Below, piece by piece: positions 48,754 to 58,311 of a stretch of 64,000 bases of DNA (positions are counted from its first letter, which is position 1; every line of letters starts with the position of its first letter). The DNA comes from Candidatus Bathyarchaeia archaeon (GTDB taxonomy: Archaea > Thermoproteota > Bathyarchaeia > 40CM-2-53-6). The notes under the pieces are model-generated. The model was not told the origin of the DNA. It ran no database searches and saw nothing but the letters and a program-made list of their open reading frames with translations. The stretch spans positions 90,709 through 154,708 of the forward strand of contig DASYWW010000046.1 of NCBI GenBank assembly GCA_035935655.1, written 5' to 3'. The translations under genes and the position numbers were made by a program.

Positions 48754-49635
48754 TTGGCCGAAATGTCAACCTTACAGTCGGACGAGATTAAGCAGCGTCA
48801 ACGAATGCAGTGGGACGCATCTGCGCCAGGCTGGAAAAAGTGGGAGAGACAGTTCATCCACAATCTTCAACCTCTCACCAACCTACTGGTGAAGAGTACC
48901 GGCATCAAACCCGGATACTCGGTTCTCGACCTGGCCTGTGGAACAGGCGAACCCGGGTTGACGATTGCGAACATTGTCGGGTCAAACGGAAGAGTTGTGG
49001 GAGTCGACTTGGCTCCGGGTATGTTGGTCGTGGCGAGGGAGCGAATGGCTTCTCAGGGTCTCAAGGATGTGACGTCTCAGGTGAATGAACACGACGATCT
49101 GCCAGCATTACAGGATAGCAGTTTCGACGCCGCAGTTTGCCGTCTAGGACTGATGTTCATGCCTGACCCTGTTCGCATGCTCAAGGCCATTCGCCGGGTC
49201 CTCAAGCCTGGCGGGAAAGCTTCCGTCGTTGTGTGGGGTCCTCCCGAAAAAGCTCCATTCTTCTCCGTGCCCATGAAGGCCGTAATGAAACATCTTCCAG
49301 ACACTAAGCCTCTTCCGCCAGGGACCCCCGGAGGACCCTTCGGTATTCCAAGCCAAGAAATGCTTGGGGGACTCTTCACAAAAGCTGGCTTTTCAAACTT
49401 CAAGTCTCAGACAGCCGATGTAACCGTGTTTGACGCGAAGAGTCCGGAAGAATACTGGGAAGCGTCAACAGAGACAGCAGGACCCATCGTTCTACTTCTC
49501 TCGAAAATGTCTCCCGAAAAGAAAAAGGACGTGAGAGAAGAATTGGTCCAAACATTACGCGGCATGTTTCCATCAGGTCCAGTTAGACTTGGAGGAGAAG
49601 CGATAGTCGGGACAGGCACCAAGGCCGCAATCTGA
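48754..49635 (+). CDS. class I SAM-dependent methyltransferase (UbiE-like)
   Basis: VLDLACGTG, SFDAAVC and RVLKPGG. Confidence 0.92.
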   Translation: MAEMSTLQSDEIKQRQRMQWDASAPGWKKWERQFIHNLQPLTNLLVKSTGIKPGYSVLDLACGTGEPGLTIANIVGSNGRVVGVDLAPGMLVVARERMASQGLKDVTSQVNEHDDLPALQDSSFDAAVCRLGLMFMPDPVRMLKAIRRVLKPGGKASVVVWGPPEKAPFFSVPMKAVMKHLPDTKPLPPGTPGGPFGIPSQEMLGGLFTKAGFSNFKSQTADVTVFDAKSPEEYWEASTETAGPIVLLLSKMSPEKKKDVREELVQTLRGMFPSGPVRLGGEAIVGTGTKAAI

Positions 49636-49660
49636 CCGCCAACAGTCCTGATCGATTTCC

Positions 49661-49676
49661 AAAAAAAGAAAAAAGA
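49661..49676 (-). terminator. oligo-T archaeal terminator of the 49690-50190 gene
   Basis: TTTTTTCTTTTTTT on the minus strand shortly after the stop codon. Confidence 0.55.
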
Positions 49677-49689
49677 GGGAAGTTAGTTG

Positions 49690-50190
49690 TCAGACTGGGC
49701 AGAAAGAGGTTGCGCAGTCCATGGCCCAGGTCGAGAGTGTTGTTGACGCTCCAGTCGGGACATAGGTCACGGTCAACGTGTAGCTAGGAGATCCGTCTCC
49801 TGTCCAACTCTCCCAGGTACCTGTGCTCCCTAGGTCGAGGGAGCTATTGGGACAGATATTCGATGTAGAAACGACCTGGCTGTACGCTACCGACCAGTCG
49901 CGTTTGTAGCCTACGAAATCGTAGGCTCCGCTTCCGAAGCTCCAGTCACTTGATGGGCTGCTGGTGCTGCACCTCACTTCATTATGGGTGCTGGTGAATG
50001 TCCCCGTGCCCCTGCCGCAGGCAATTGCTGTGATCTGAATGTACTTGCCTGTGACAGGAGTCCAAGAGGCGCTACCATAGGTGTAATTGCTGCCGCAGAG
50101 CGAAGCGTGCGCCCGTTGAACAAGGCTAGGTGAAGCAAAAACCATCACCGTCATCGAGAGAATGCATATCGCTAGTGTGCGAGCCTTCAA
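49690..50190 (-). CDS. secreted Cys/Ser/Thr-rich hypothetical protein
   Basis: signal peptide ending AHA; six Cys in the mature part. Confidence 0.75.
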   Translation of the reverse strand: MKARTLAICILSMTVMVFASPSLVQRAHASLCGSNYTYGSASWTPVTGKYIQITAIACGRGTGTFTSTHNEVRCSTSSPSSDWSFGSGAYDFVGYKRDWSVAYSQVVSTSNICPNSSLDLGSTGTWESWTGDGSPSYTLTVTYVPTGASTTLSTWAMDCATSFCPV

Positions 50191-50281
50191 TTTTTTCTCC
50201 GGTCGCAGAACAGATTGACTGATGACTTAAACCATGAAGAAACTGTGATCTAGAACACTGATACTGGGATTGTAGGGTGGA

Positions 50282-50539
50282 CTAGAATTTCTCGTGGAGA
50301 AGGGAAAGGGCGTTGCGGTAGTGCTTCAAAGCATCCAAGCCCGCTCGTGTCGTGCCGACAACTTTTCTCCTCTCTTCTACGTCCAGACTAACTAGTTTGG
50401 ATTTTGCGAGACGATCAAGGCAGGACTTCAATAGTTTGTAGGATAGGTTCTGCGAGATCATGATCTGGTATACTGATAATCTGTCGTAGGCGCATGATTT
50501 CAGAATGCCGAACAGTATTTCTTCCCTTGACCTTCGCAA
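50282..50539 (-). CDS. archaeal winged-helix DNA-binding protein (HTH_45-like)
   Basis: RRSREEILFGIL...IM...NLSY...L..L...TTRAG. Confidence 0.8.
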   Translation of the reverse strand: MRRSREEILFGILKSCAYDRLSVYQIMISQNLSYKLLKSCLDRLAKSKLVSLDVEERRKVVGTTRAGLDALKHYRNALSLLHEKF

Positions 50540-50710
50540 TCATTCTCCGAGGTTCCTTTACAATAAATAAGTACAGTGAACGATTACTTTGAGTAAAAGT
50601 AGAATCGTCAAGACTGGGACTCAATAATTTTTTCGAGACTCGTCATGAATGTGAAAGTTGGATGTGTGGGAGAGTGGAGGTGTGTGAGCGTCTCCGACGA
50701 GCTGTTTCTC

Positions 50711-50896
50711 TTACGAATCCCCTGCCGCCTTCCGCCACGTTGACCCGCAGAGGCTGCAGTTGTGGAAACCGTCTACCGTAAAGCATCGAGCGATCTGCCC
50801 GCATACCGGGCAATGGTGGATAGGATCGTATGCGATAGCTTCGACTTGCGCGGCTGATCCGAGGTCCATTGAGCCCCTTTCTTCGCTTGCTTGCAC
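50711..50896 (-). CDS. small CPxCG zinc-ribbon protein
   Basis: CPVCG...CSLCGSTW; GGAG ribosome-binding site upstream. Confidence 0.7.
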   Translation of the reverse strand: MQASEERGSMDLGSAAQVEAIAYDPIHHCPVCGQIARCFTVDGFHNCSLCGSTWRKAAGDS

Positions 50897-50909
50897 TTTG
50901 CTCTCCCTC

Positions 50910-51143
50910 TTACCTGATCTGATTCCTCAGGTTGGACAGGTAGGCCTGGTTTCGTTTACGCTCGATTTCTGCAAGGAATCTCGGACTCATGGTACTCCTG
51001 ACGAAGAGTTTTGTCTGCGGGACCCTTGGAGGAATTGGAATGCTAGTGCGGCTGCTCTTTGACGCTCCTGTTGAAGGGATGAGCGCCGAGATGAAACTGT
51101 GAACGCTTCGTGTGATTCTCGTCCAATCTTCTCTAACTGCCAT
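50910..51143 (-). CDS. small basic hypothetical protein
   Basis: 77 aa, AGGTGA ribosome-binding site, co-oriented with the zinc-ribbon gene. Confidence 0.6.
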   Translation of the reverse strand: MAVREDWTRITRSVHSFISALIPSTGASKSSRTSIPIPPRVPQTKLFVRSTMSPRFLAEIERKRNQAYLSNLRNQIR

Positions 51144-51305
51144 TTCTTTTTCACCTAAGTGAAGGAGGACGTGTTCGTTGCGGATTATCTTTGAGCCGTC
51201 CTGCGCTGGTAGTTATTTTGCCGTCGTCCAACTGGTATTAGTTGCTGGCGTACGCCGGCACACCGGTTATATGCCCGTCTTACGATAACAACTCTCGTTC
51301 ATATC

Positions 51306-52124
51306 ATGTTCGAGTTGTTCTTCCGGTTTCAGCCGGGTCCCGGGCACGGAGATTCCTACAACGAGCTCACAGAGAAATTTCCGACAGCACGGTTCTCGCT
51401 CTGGTGTAATGGTGGTACGGATGTTCTGGAGATAGAGGCTGCTGGTCTCGCTTCGTATGAGGAGTTGCAGAAGGAGATCACCGCGACCACGAAGGCGCAT
51501 CTTGATGGGAAGATTATCTCAAGGACGTACTGCCAGGACAAGTTCCAGTTGGTGGCAAGGACTTGTTGTTGCGGTTCTGATCACAAGGGGACGCCGATTA
51601 GTCCGATTATTAACCGGAGCGGCTTCATGCGAATTCCACCGCTAGTTATGGCCGGAGGATGGGAGTACCACCGTTTGGTAGGATATGATGATAACGATCT
51701 GAAGGGTCTCCTCAGGGGATTGGACAGGATCGGGACCGCGGAAGTGCTGCACAAGAAGAGTGTCACGGAAGGAATGACCGACGACACATTTCTCTTGTCA
51801 CTGAGCAGTTTGTTTGGACAGTTAACAGAGAAGCAGATGAGGGCGCTGGTGACCGCGGTGGAAAACGGGTACTACGAGATTCCGAAAAGGGTCACTGCGG
51901 ATGAATTGGCTCGGAAGCAGGGGCAGCCCAGGAGCACCTTGGAGGAGCATATTCGGAAAGCTGAGAGCAAGATTGTGCTGGCGATGGCCCCGTACATGAT
52001 GATGTACGCAAGGGTCCCGGAGAATCCATTGTTGAACAAGACGAAGGCCGCAGGAGCGACTGTGGGCGGGAGAATGATGAAGCAGGTTGCTATGCAGATG
52101 GCCGCCAAGAAAGCGAACAACTAA
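51306..52124 (+). CDS. HTH_10 (bacterio-opsin activator-type) transcriptional regulator
   Basis: LTEKQMRALVTAVENGYYEIPKRVT...LA...STLEEHIRKAESKI. Confidence 0.92.
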   Translation: MFELFFRFQPGPGHGDSYNELTEKFPTARFSLWCNGGTDVLEIEAAGLASYEELQKEITATTKAHLDGKIISRTYCQDKFQLVARTCCCGSDHKGTPISPIINRSGFMRIPPLVMAGGWEYHRLVGYDDNDLKGLLRGLDRIGTAEVLHKKSVTEGMTDDTFLLSLSSLFGQLTEKQMRALVTAVENGYYEIPKRVTADELARKQGQPRSTLEEHIRKAESKIVLAMAPYMMMYARVPENPLLNKTKAAGATVGGRMMKQVAMQMAAKKANN

Positions 52125-52136
52125 CGAGCATCAGCA

Positions 52137-53039
52137 TCATGCCGATGACTTCACTCTGACTTTCTTGTGTCCTCGCGATTTCGATGGAACCCATCCGCCA
52201 TCCTTGGTACGTTTGTAGCCATCATTGTAGTATTTTCCGAAGTCGGTGGGGTTGAGGAAGGCCTCTGCCGGGACAAGAGCGCCCCACCCTCGTCCTCTCA
52301 TGAAAATCTCGTTGAAATCGGGATTATGGATTAGATCTTTGGCGTTGTCGGGGCGGTCGTGCCATACCTCCATGTCAAGTATACGCAGGACTTCCCCCCG
52401 ATCCGCGATAAGCTGGGACGCATCGTCTGGCCCTGTTGGCTTTCCAATAAGATCCCCCCGGTTGACCGTCACTTCTTTGTCGTTGAATCTGAGGGTTCCC
52501 GACCCGTCGAGGATCAGATAGTATTCGTCGACTTCGCTGTGGCTGTGGAGTCGAGCAGATGATTCACCATTTTCGATCACTTCGACCCTGAAGGCCGCCC
52601 GGCCGATCCCGAGTAGCGGATTGAGGAACCGTGTATAGTATCCTTCCCGTTTCCTCGTTAGCGAGCTTTCAGATCCATCTAGACGGCTATCATCAAAGAC
52701 GTTTACGACTGGCTTCCTCCAAAGGTTCTCTGAAAGCACTCCGTCCTTCTTCAGGTAAACCTCGCTCGACCAGAAAGATGCTAATCTTAACAGGAAATCC
52801 ATCGCCTGCTCACTTAGAGAGGGTATGGTCAGAGTCAGCACATCGACGGAGTTCCGGTTCAGGTTTCCTGCCTTCCTGCCCAGCTCGTCCCAGAGCCAAT
52901 TAGCAAACGGCAGCAGCCTCCCACCATGTCCTTCAGGTATGGTTGGCTTCTCAAAGAACAGGGTCCAAGCTAGGTCTACCCTTATCGCTCCTTCACGGAC
53001 GGCTTCCTCGAGAATCAGCTTCATGAGCGGACAATCCAA
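52137..53039 (-). CDS. cupin-domain protein (start possibly ATG 53024)
   Basis: HSHSEVDEYYLILDGSG cupin motif. Confidence 0.85.
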   Translation of the reverse strand: MDCPLMKLILEEAVREGAIRVDLAWTLFFEKPTIPEGHGGRLLPFANWLWDELGRKAGNLNRNSVDVLTLTIPSLSEQAMDFLLRLASFWSSEVYLKKDGVLSENLWRKPVVNVFDDSRLDGSESSLTRKREGYYTRFLNPLLGIGRAAFRVEVIENGESSARLHSHSEVDEYYLILDGSGTLRFNDKEVTVNRGDLIGKPTGPDDASQLIADRGEVLRILDMEVWHDRPDNAKDLIHNPDFNEIFMRGRGWGALVPAEAFLNPTDFGKYYNDGYKRTKDGGWVPSKSRGHKKVRVKSSA

Positions 53040-53070
53040 GAAGGTGTTGAAGAGGGTTTTCCTCTTGAGA

Positions 53071-53253
53071 GAGGAGGATATTCAGAAGGCTGAGAGCAAG
53101 ATTGTATTGGCTATGGCGCCGTACATGATGATGTACGCAAGGGTCCTGGAGAATTCTCTGTTGAACAAGACGAAGGCTGCGGGGGCAACGGTTGGCGGGC
53201 GGAGGCTGAAGCAAGTGGCTAGGCACATTACTGCGAAGAACAAGAACGCATAG
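53071..53253 (+). pseudogene. diverged duplicate of the last 60 codons of the HTH_10 gene (51942-52124)
   Basis: colinear 183-nt copy without indels; 47/60 aa identical. Confidence 0.92.
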
Positions 53254-53308
53254 CGCAATTGTTCTAACTGCAGTCAGGAGTTGCGGTCTCGGACTTACTG
53301 TGTGCCGT

Positions 53309-53728
53309 TCAGCCGTTGTCTTCCGTCAAGATTACGACGGGGATTTCCCGTTTAGTCTTAAGCTGGTAGTCGCCGTACGCCGGGTACATCTCGGTCAGCA
53401 ACGGCCAGAAATCGCTTTTCTCTTCCTCTGATGCCTTTCTCCCAATCATCGTCTTCTTTCTTCCCTTTATCTGGACCTCTGCGTGCGGATCGTGTCTAAG
53501 GTTTGTCCACCAGGAGGGCTCCCTGTCGCTGCCACTATTAGATGCGACTATGATGATGCGCTCGCCGTCTCTAAGGTAGAGAAGGGGCGTTGTCCTCTTC
53601 TTGCCTGCCCTACGCCCGATGGTTGTTAACAGAAGGACTGGCGCATTCCATAACCGGCCTCCTATTCTTCCTCTCGAGACGCGGTAGAATGACACGTGGG
53701 TCCTACTGAAGAGTCTCTGGCCTTTCAT
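53309..53728 (-). CDS. deazaflavin (F420)-dependent nitroreductase family protein
   Basis: LLLTTIGRRAGKKRTTPL, VASNSG...PSWWTNL and YQLKTKREIPVV. Confidence 0.9.
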   Translation of the reverse strand: MKGQRLFSRTHVSFYRVSRGRIGGRLWNAPVLLLTTIGRRAGKKRTTPLLYLRDGERIIIVASNSGSDREPSWWTNLRHDPHAEVQIKGRKKTMIGRKASEEEKSDFWPLLTEMYPAYGDYQLKTKREIPVVILTEDNG

Positions 53729-53789
53729 CCGGCATCCCGTACTGTCTTGTCGCGTTGGTGTTGTTCCTTAAAGCTCCGCAGCCGAGAGC

Positions 53790-54060
53790 TTCAGCATAGC
53801 CTAGTGTCGGTGTAGACCGGGATTTTCGGCTTTTCCTGGGGACGGACGCCTGTCTTGTAGAGCCGGTAGACATCTATCCGGAGGTTAGCATCAACTGCTG
53901 CAGCTTCATCGGCGCATTCTCTTTTCCGTCCCACGCCTCCCAGGCTGCAACCACCTCCCGCACGAACCCCGGAGCCAACCCGATCTCATCCAGCAAAGAC
54001 CATCCTATTCCCATTCTCCACAGGGTAGAACATAGACGGGTAAGCACCCCGAAACTACTC
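53790..54060 (-). pseudogene. frameshifted paralog of the 35936-36270 unknown gene
   Basis: PVYVLP / IGLAPGFVREV...PMK / LRIDVYRLY...QEKPKIPV, separated by frameshifts. Confidence 0.65.
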
Positions 54061-54084
54061 ACGATCTCTGTGGCGCGCGACTCG

Positions 54085-56658
54085 TTAGGCCAGCTCTTGT
54101 AGAGAGGTGGGTATTATCTTCCGATAAACTTCTTCCGGTCTCACGTGTTTTCGATGGATCGTCAAGAGATCACTGTTCACTGATATCCCAAATAGTTCTT
54201 CGTTTCTTTCTAGCAAAGGCGAGATCAATTGCCAGTCCTTCGCTGTGAAGTCCGTTAGTCGTCCACCGTTCAATTGATCGCTCGAAACTTTTCGGTGGGG
54301 GTCCCTGATGAATATCGCTCCACCAGAGGCTAGTGAGAACAAGTTGCTTCCCGGATATGGGAACTCTTGCTCCACGAATCGTCCATCAATCGATGGTTTC
54401 AACCCGTTGAGAACAACGAACCCGCCACCATTGTACAGGTCTCCTGCCATGAACGATTCTGCAAGATAATCCAGACACGTCCCATTGATCACGACTCTTG
54501 GTCGACCAACCGCGTTGATGAGGGGGCGTCCGGCTGCGTTGCCGAGCACGTACACATCACCGCCCTTTGCTGCGTACATAAACGCCTGGCCTACGTCACC
54601 GTGAACCACTAGTTTTCCGTACTTGAGGATCTGCGCGGCCTGGTCCTGAGCAGCTCCATGAACCGTGATCTCGCATCCATCAATGCCCGACGCGACGTAA
54701 TCCCCGACATCCCCGTAGCAGTCGATCTTCAAACCATTCGTTTGTGGACCGAGACCGCTTCCGATGAATCGGTGGCCGCGGAGGTTGTAGAGTAGAATGT
54801 TCTTCCAGCCTTGACCGTACGCATTAACCACGAACCGGGCGGCGCTCTCTTCTCCTTCGGCGGGAAACTCTAGCGCGTCGACAACCAGTACCTGCGAGTC
54901 GAATAGTGGATGGATCAGTCTAGTTTTGTTCTTCCAATCGAGTCGAATGTACAGGTCGTAGTTCGATAGTGAAACAACGGAGAACACGTCGTTCAACGCT
55001 TCATGGTACAGTTGCAGTAGTGAGCTTCGTTTCTTCTGCCCTGTGTCGTAGATTCTATCGTAGAGTAGTGAGAGTGATTTTATCGCGAATTGTCGGGACT
55101 CTTTTCCCTTCTTAGCCAGTCTTTTCAGTTCTTCAAGAATCTCTCCCACATACTGGAAGCCAGCATCCCTCAGCGCGGGACGAACATACTCATAGAATCC
55201 CAACGGGTCCTGCGTACTGGGACCCTTCTGCAGCTGAATCGCAATACTCGCGTTCAAAGAGACACTAGACCCTGCTTGAGGCAACCAGTCTTGCTTGAGA
55301 AGATCGATAACCTTTCCAAACTTGTCAGCACACTCCAACTCCTTCCCATCCTCTCCATCTCTGACAGTAAAGAGAAACGCTCCGCCATCCGTGAAGCTTC
55401 CACCCCTCGCATTCCAGTACGAGTCTGCAAACCTGCTGGGTATCTTCTGATCTTCTTGCAATTTTCCGAGAACAGCATTAATCGCTTGTCTCTCTGATGC
55501 AATGATCCCGATCTTGATCGGCCCCTCCTGAACAGCAAACACTTGGGGTCTCAGCATCGACGTATCAGTAATCCCGATCAACTGCCACGCATTCTTCTCC
55601 ACGTCATTCCGCGCAACGATGAAGAACCATGGGCCGTCAGGGGACCCGTGAATATGCGTCGACTGTATCAATCGGTAGATCTGTTTCTTCTCCTCCGGCA
55701 GCATCTCAAAATCTCTCTCCGTTGTGGGTGCCAGAGCTTCAATAAGATACTCAAGCGGATACTTGTAGACGCGGCTGAGAAGATCGAATAGTAACACTGA
55801 GACCTCCGTATCCGTCAAGAATAACGGGTGAATGTTCCTCTGGGCTAGATATTCCACTATGGAATGATAATTCGCAAAATCCCCGTTATGCACCAAGGCC
55901 TCATGCAATCCCACGAACGGATGCGCGCCACCAGGATGCCAGACCCTGCCCTTCGTCGGATACCGATGATGACCAATCCAGACATGAGCCTTGAAATTTT
56001 CTAGCTGATAATACCTGACGACATCATCCCCAAAACCCACCAGCTTCAAAACAACCATGTTCTTTCCATGGGACACGACGAAGGCCTTCTTCTTGCCCAG
56101 CGACGAGTAATACCGCTGATTCAGTCGGTAAGAGTTCTGATAGAGAAATTCATCTTCAACCTCGTTTTCCTTGAGCCCTTCTAGACCATTCAAACGGGCA
56201 AAGTTTGCAAGAGCATTTCTTTTGATCTTCACAAAGTATCTGTAAACTTCAGGCGGTTCAACCTCAAGACCAGAAATCGAGTGATAATCGTCGACAGAAT
56301 CCACTCTTGCCTCATGATCAACGGCAAAGAATGGTCGAATATGCTCGTCCTCGACCTGTTTTCTAACAGATTTATCGAGGTAGGCAACCTGTAAGATGTA
56401 ATCCTCATCCAGAATTTTCTTGGAAACCCCTAACTGTTCCGGGACCAATCCGACAGCCGCAATTCCCCCGCCCTTACCATTTCCCCTGTTCCGCATCTGG
56501 ACGAGGGACTGGAGGAGATATTTTCCTTCGAGTGGAGCATTACATGCCAAACCGACAACGCCGCATCCACCCTCGGCCTCCTGCTTGCCCACCGGGACCC
56601 TGTCGACTGGCAGTGATTTTCTTGAATCGATAATTTGTTGTCCGGGCAATGTTCTCAC
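54085..56658 (-). CDS. glutamate synthase subunit: Ntn amidotransferase domain fused to a GXGXG domain
   Basis: CGVVG, RGNGKGGG, HHRYPT, HPF, HNG and C-terminal GXGXG beta-helix repeats. Confidence 0.9.
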   Translation of the reverse strand: MRTLPGQQIIDSRKSLPVDRVPVGKQEAEGGCGVVGLACNAPLEGKYLLQSLVQMRNRGNGKGGGIAAVGLVPEQLGVSKKILDEDYILQVAYLDKSVRKQVEDEHIRPFFAVDHEARVDSVDDYHSISGLEVEPPEVYRYFVKIKRNALANFARLNGLEGLKENEVEDEFLYQNSYRLNQRYYSSLGKKKAFVVSHGKNMVVLKLVGFGDDVVRYYQLENFKAHVWIGHHRYPTKGRVWHPGGAHPFVGLHEALVHNGDFANYHSIVEYLAQRNIHPLFLTDTEVSVLLFDLLSRVYKYPLEYLIEALAPTTERDFEMLPEEKKQIYRLIQSTHIHGSPDGPWFFIVARNDVEKNAWQLIGITDTSMLRPQVFAVQEGPIKIGIIASERQAINAVLGKLQEDQKIPSRFADSYWNARGGSFTDGGAFLFTVRDGEDGKELECADKFGKVIDLLKQDWLPQAGSSVSLNASIAIQLQKGPSTQDPLGFYEYVRPALRDAGFQYVGEILEELKRLAKKGKESRQFAIKSLSLLYDRIYDTGQKKRSSLLQLYHEALNDVFSVVSLSNYDLYIRLDWKNKTRLIHPLFDSQVLVVDALEFPAEGEESAARFVVNAYGQGWKNILLYNLRGHRFIGSGLGPQTNGLKIDCYGDVGDYVASGIDGCEITVHGAAQDQAAQILKYGKLVVHGDVGQAFMYAAKGGDVYVLGNAAGRPLINAVGRPRVVINGTCLDYLAESFMAGDLYNGGGFVVLNGLKPSIDGRFVEQEFPYPGSNLFSLASGGAIFIRDPHRKVSSDQLNGGRLTDFTAKDWQLISPLLERNEELFGISVNSDLLTIHRKHVRPEEVYRKIIPTSLQELA

Positions 56659-56662
56659 ACGG

Positions 56663-57034
56663 TCACATCGTTTCTAAGATCGGTTGGAGGTCGGGTGGTC
56701 TGTAGTTCTTAGCCTTCTGTATCTTACCATTAATGACGCGGACATCGGGATCTCCCTTGCTCATGTTCGACCTGTGGACCTCTCTGAAGATGGGTTCTAG
56801 ATCTATTCCGTAGGACACCCCTGTCCCATAGATCACGTAAAGGAGATCGGCGAGTGCGTCAGCTATCTTGACCAGATCCTTATCGTTCGCCGCCTTCTCG
56901 AATTCTCCCAGTTCCTCCCGAATCAGCCTTATCCTCAGTTCCTTGGTCGCTTGATCGACGAGGCCGGGAGAGGAGCGGATGAGTACTCCGAACATTTTGT
57001 GGAATTCTTTGGCCATCTGTTGTTGTGAATTCAT
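56663..57034 (-). CDS. MazG-like all-alpha NTP pyrophosphohydrolase
   Basis: LRIRLIREELGEF...DALADLLYV...EVHRSNMSK; ATGA-coupled to the upstream gene. Confidence 0.88.
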   Translation of the reverse strand: MNSQQQMAKEFHKMFGVLIRSSPGLVDQATKELRIRLIREELGEFEKAANDKDLVKIADALADLLYVIYGTGVSYGIDLEPIFREVHRSNMSKGDPDVRVINGKIQKAKNYRPPDLQPILETM

Positions 57035-58311
57035 TTGTATCTCACCAGCAGATCCTTTCTTCCTCGGAGATCCTGGACACTCTTCAATCCGAAACCAGCT
57101 AGTATGGATCTCAACCGCTTGGTCCAAGCTGTGTAGAGATTGACAATTCTCTTCTCTCCCCATTCAGGCTCGATAAGCCGTGACAGCTCCGGGTCTGTTG
57201 TCGTTATGCCGACCTGGCAGCCGCGTCCTCTCTCACAATTGCCACAATGAGTACAACCAACAGCAACCGCTTCCGCCGTCGCTACCACACACCCATCAGC
57301 TCCTAGAGCGATCGCCTTCGCGATATCGTCAGCTGTCCTGATGCCGCCGCTAGCTATCAATACGATATCGTCCCGGACGCCTTCCGATACGAGATAATCG
57401 TGGACCTTCGGAATCGCATACTCAACCGGCATCGCAATGTTTTTTTTCGCAATTTCTGGCGCCGCCCCCGTCCCACCATACCCACCGTCGATATGGATGA
57501 TGTTCGCCCCAGCATAGTAGCTCCCAATCGCTACCATATCCACATCAGTTGGCGTGGACACTTTCACAGATACCAACGCTCGAGGATTCACAGTCTTGAT
57601 CCAGTCAACATGCTTCTTGTGATCTTCAACTGAGTAAACGCTATGGAAGGGAAACGGCGAGTAAAGACTGGTAAACATGGATGACTCCCGCATCTTCGCA
57701 ACCTCCGACGTCACCTTATCCGCCAGCAGATGCCCGCCGAGACCCGGTTTCGCGCCTTGAGCGTACTTGAACTCGACAATCGGAGCGTACTGTATCGTCT
57801 CCTCCCGAACCCCGAACATTCCTGTCGCCACCTGCGTAATCACATGATTCCGATACGGAACAATATCATCCGGATAACCACCCTCGCCAGTCGACGTGAA
57901 AGTATCCAGCTTCTTCGCAGCCCTCGCCCTCGCAAGCATGAAGTTCAAACTGATTGAACCAAAGGACATCCCACCACCATAAATCGGCAAAGGAATCTTG
58001 ATTTTCCGACCTTCCCCCCTCTTGTTTAGAGAAATTGAAAGGTCAGCATCGCGTTCATCGATCTTTGCGAAACCATTGTTCTTCCAGCCGAGAACATCAA
58101 AACCCCCACCTGAATTCCCAATCTTGTACTCCAGATCGTTTTCCGGTAAATCCCCGGTTAACGCCATCTCGTAGGTCGCCAAGATCAACTCCGCGGTCCA
58201 GCGCTTGTTTCCCAGCCCCGCCGGCAACCCATGACGAAGAGACGGAAGAACCTCTAACCCGTGATGGATTCTCTCCGAATGCTTCTCAACAATCAGCTCT
58301 TGGTTGCCCAT
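57031..58311 (-). CDS. glutamate synthase FMN-binding subunit (GltB2-like) with an Fe-S Cys cluster
   Basis: GMSFGS, STGEGG, KYAQGAKPGLGGHL, DGGYGGTGAA and CTHCGNCERGRGC. Confidence 0.92.
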   Translation of the reverse strand: MGNQELIVEKHSERIHHGLEVLPSLRHGLPAGLGNKRWTAELILATYEMALTGDLPENDLEYKIGNSGGGFDVLGWKNNGFAKIDERDADLSISLNKRGEGRKIKIPLPIYGGGMSFGSISLNFMLARARAAKKLDTFTSTGEGGYPDDIVPYRNHVITQVATGMFGVREETIQYAPIVEFKYAQGAKPGLGGHLLADKVTSEVAKMRESSMFTSLYSPFPFHSVYSVEDHKKHVDWIKTVNPRALVSVKVSTPTDVDMVAIGSYYAGANIIHIDGGYGGTGAAPEIAKKNIAMPVEYAIPKVHDYLVSEGVRDDIVLIASGGIRTADDIAKAIALGADGCVVATAEAVAVGCTHCGNCERGRGCQVGITTTDPELSRLIEPEWGEKRIVNLYTAWTKRLRSILAGFGLKSVQDLRGRKDLLVRYK

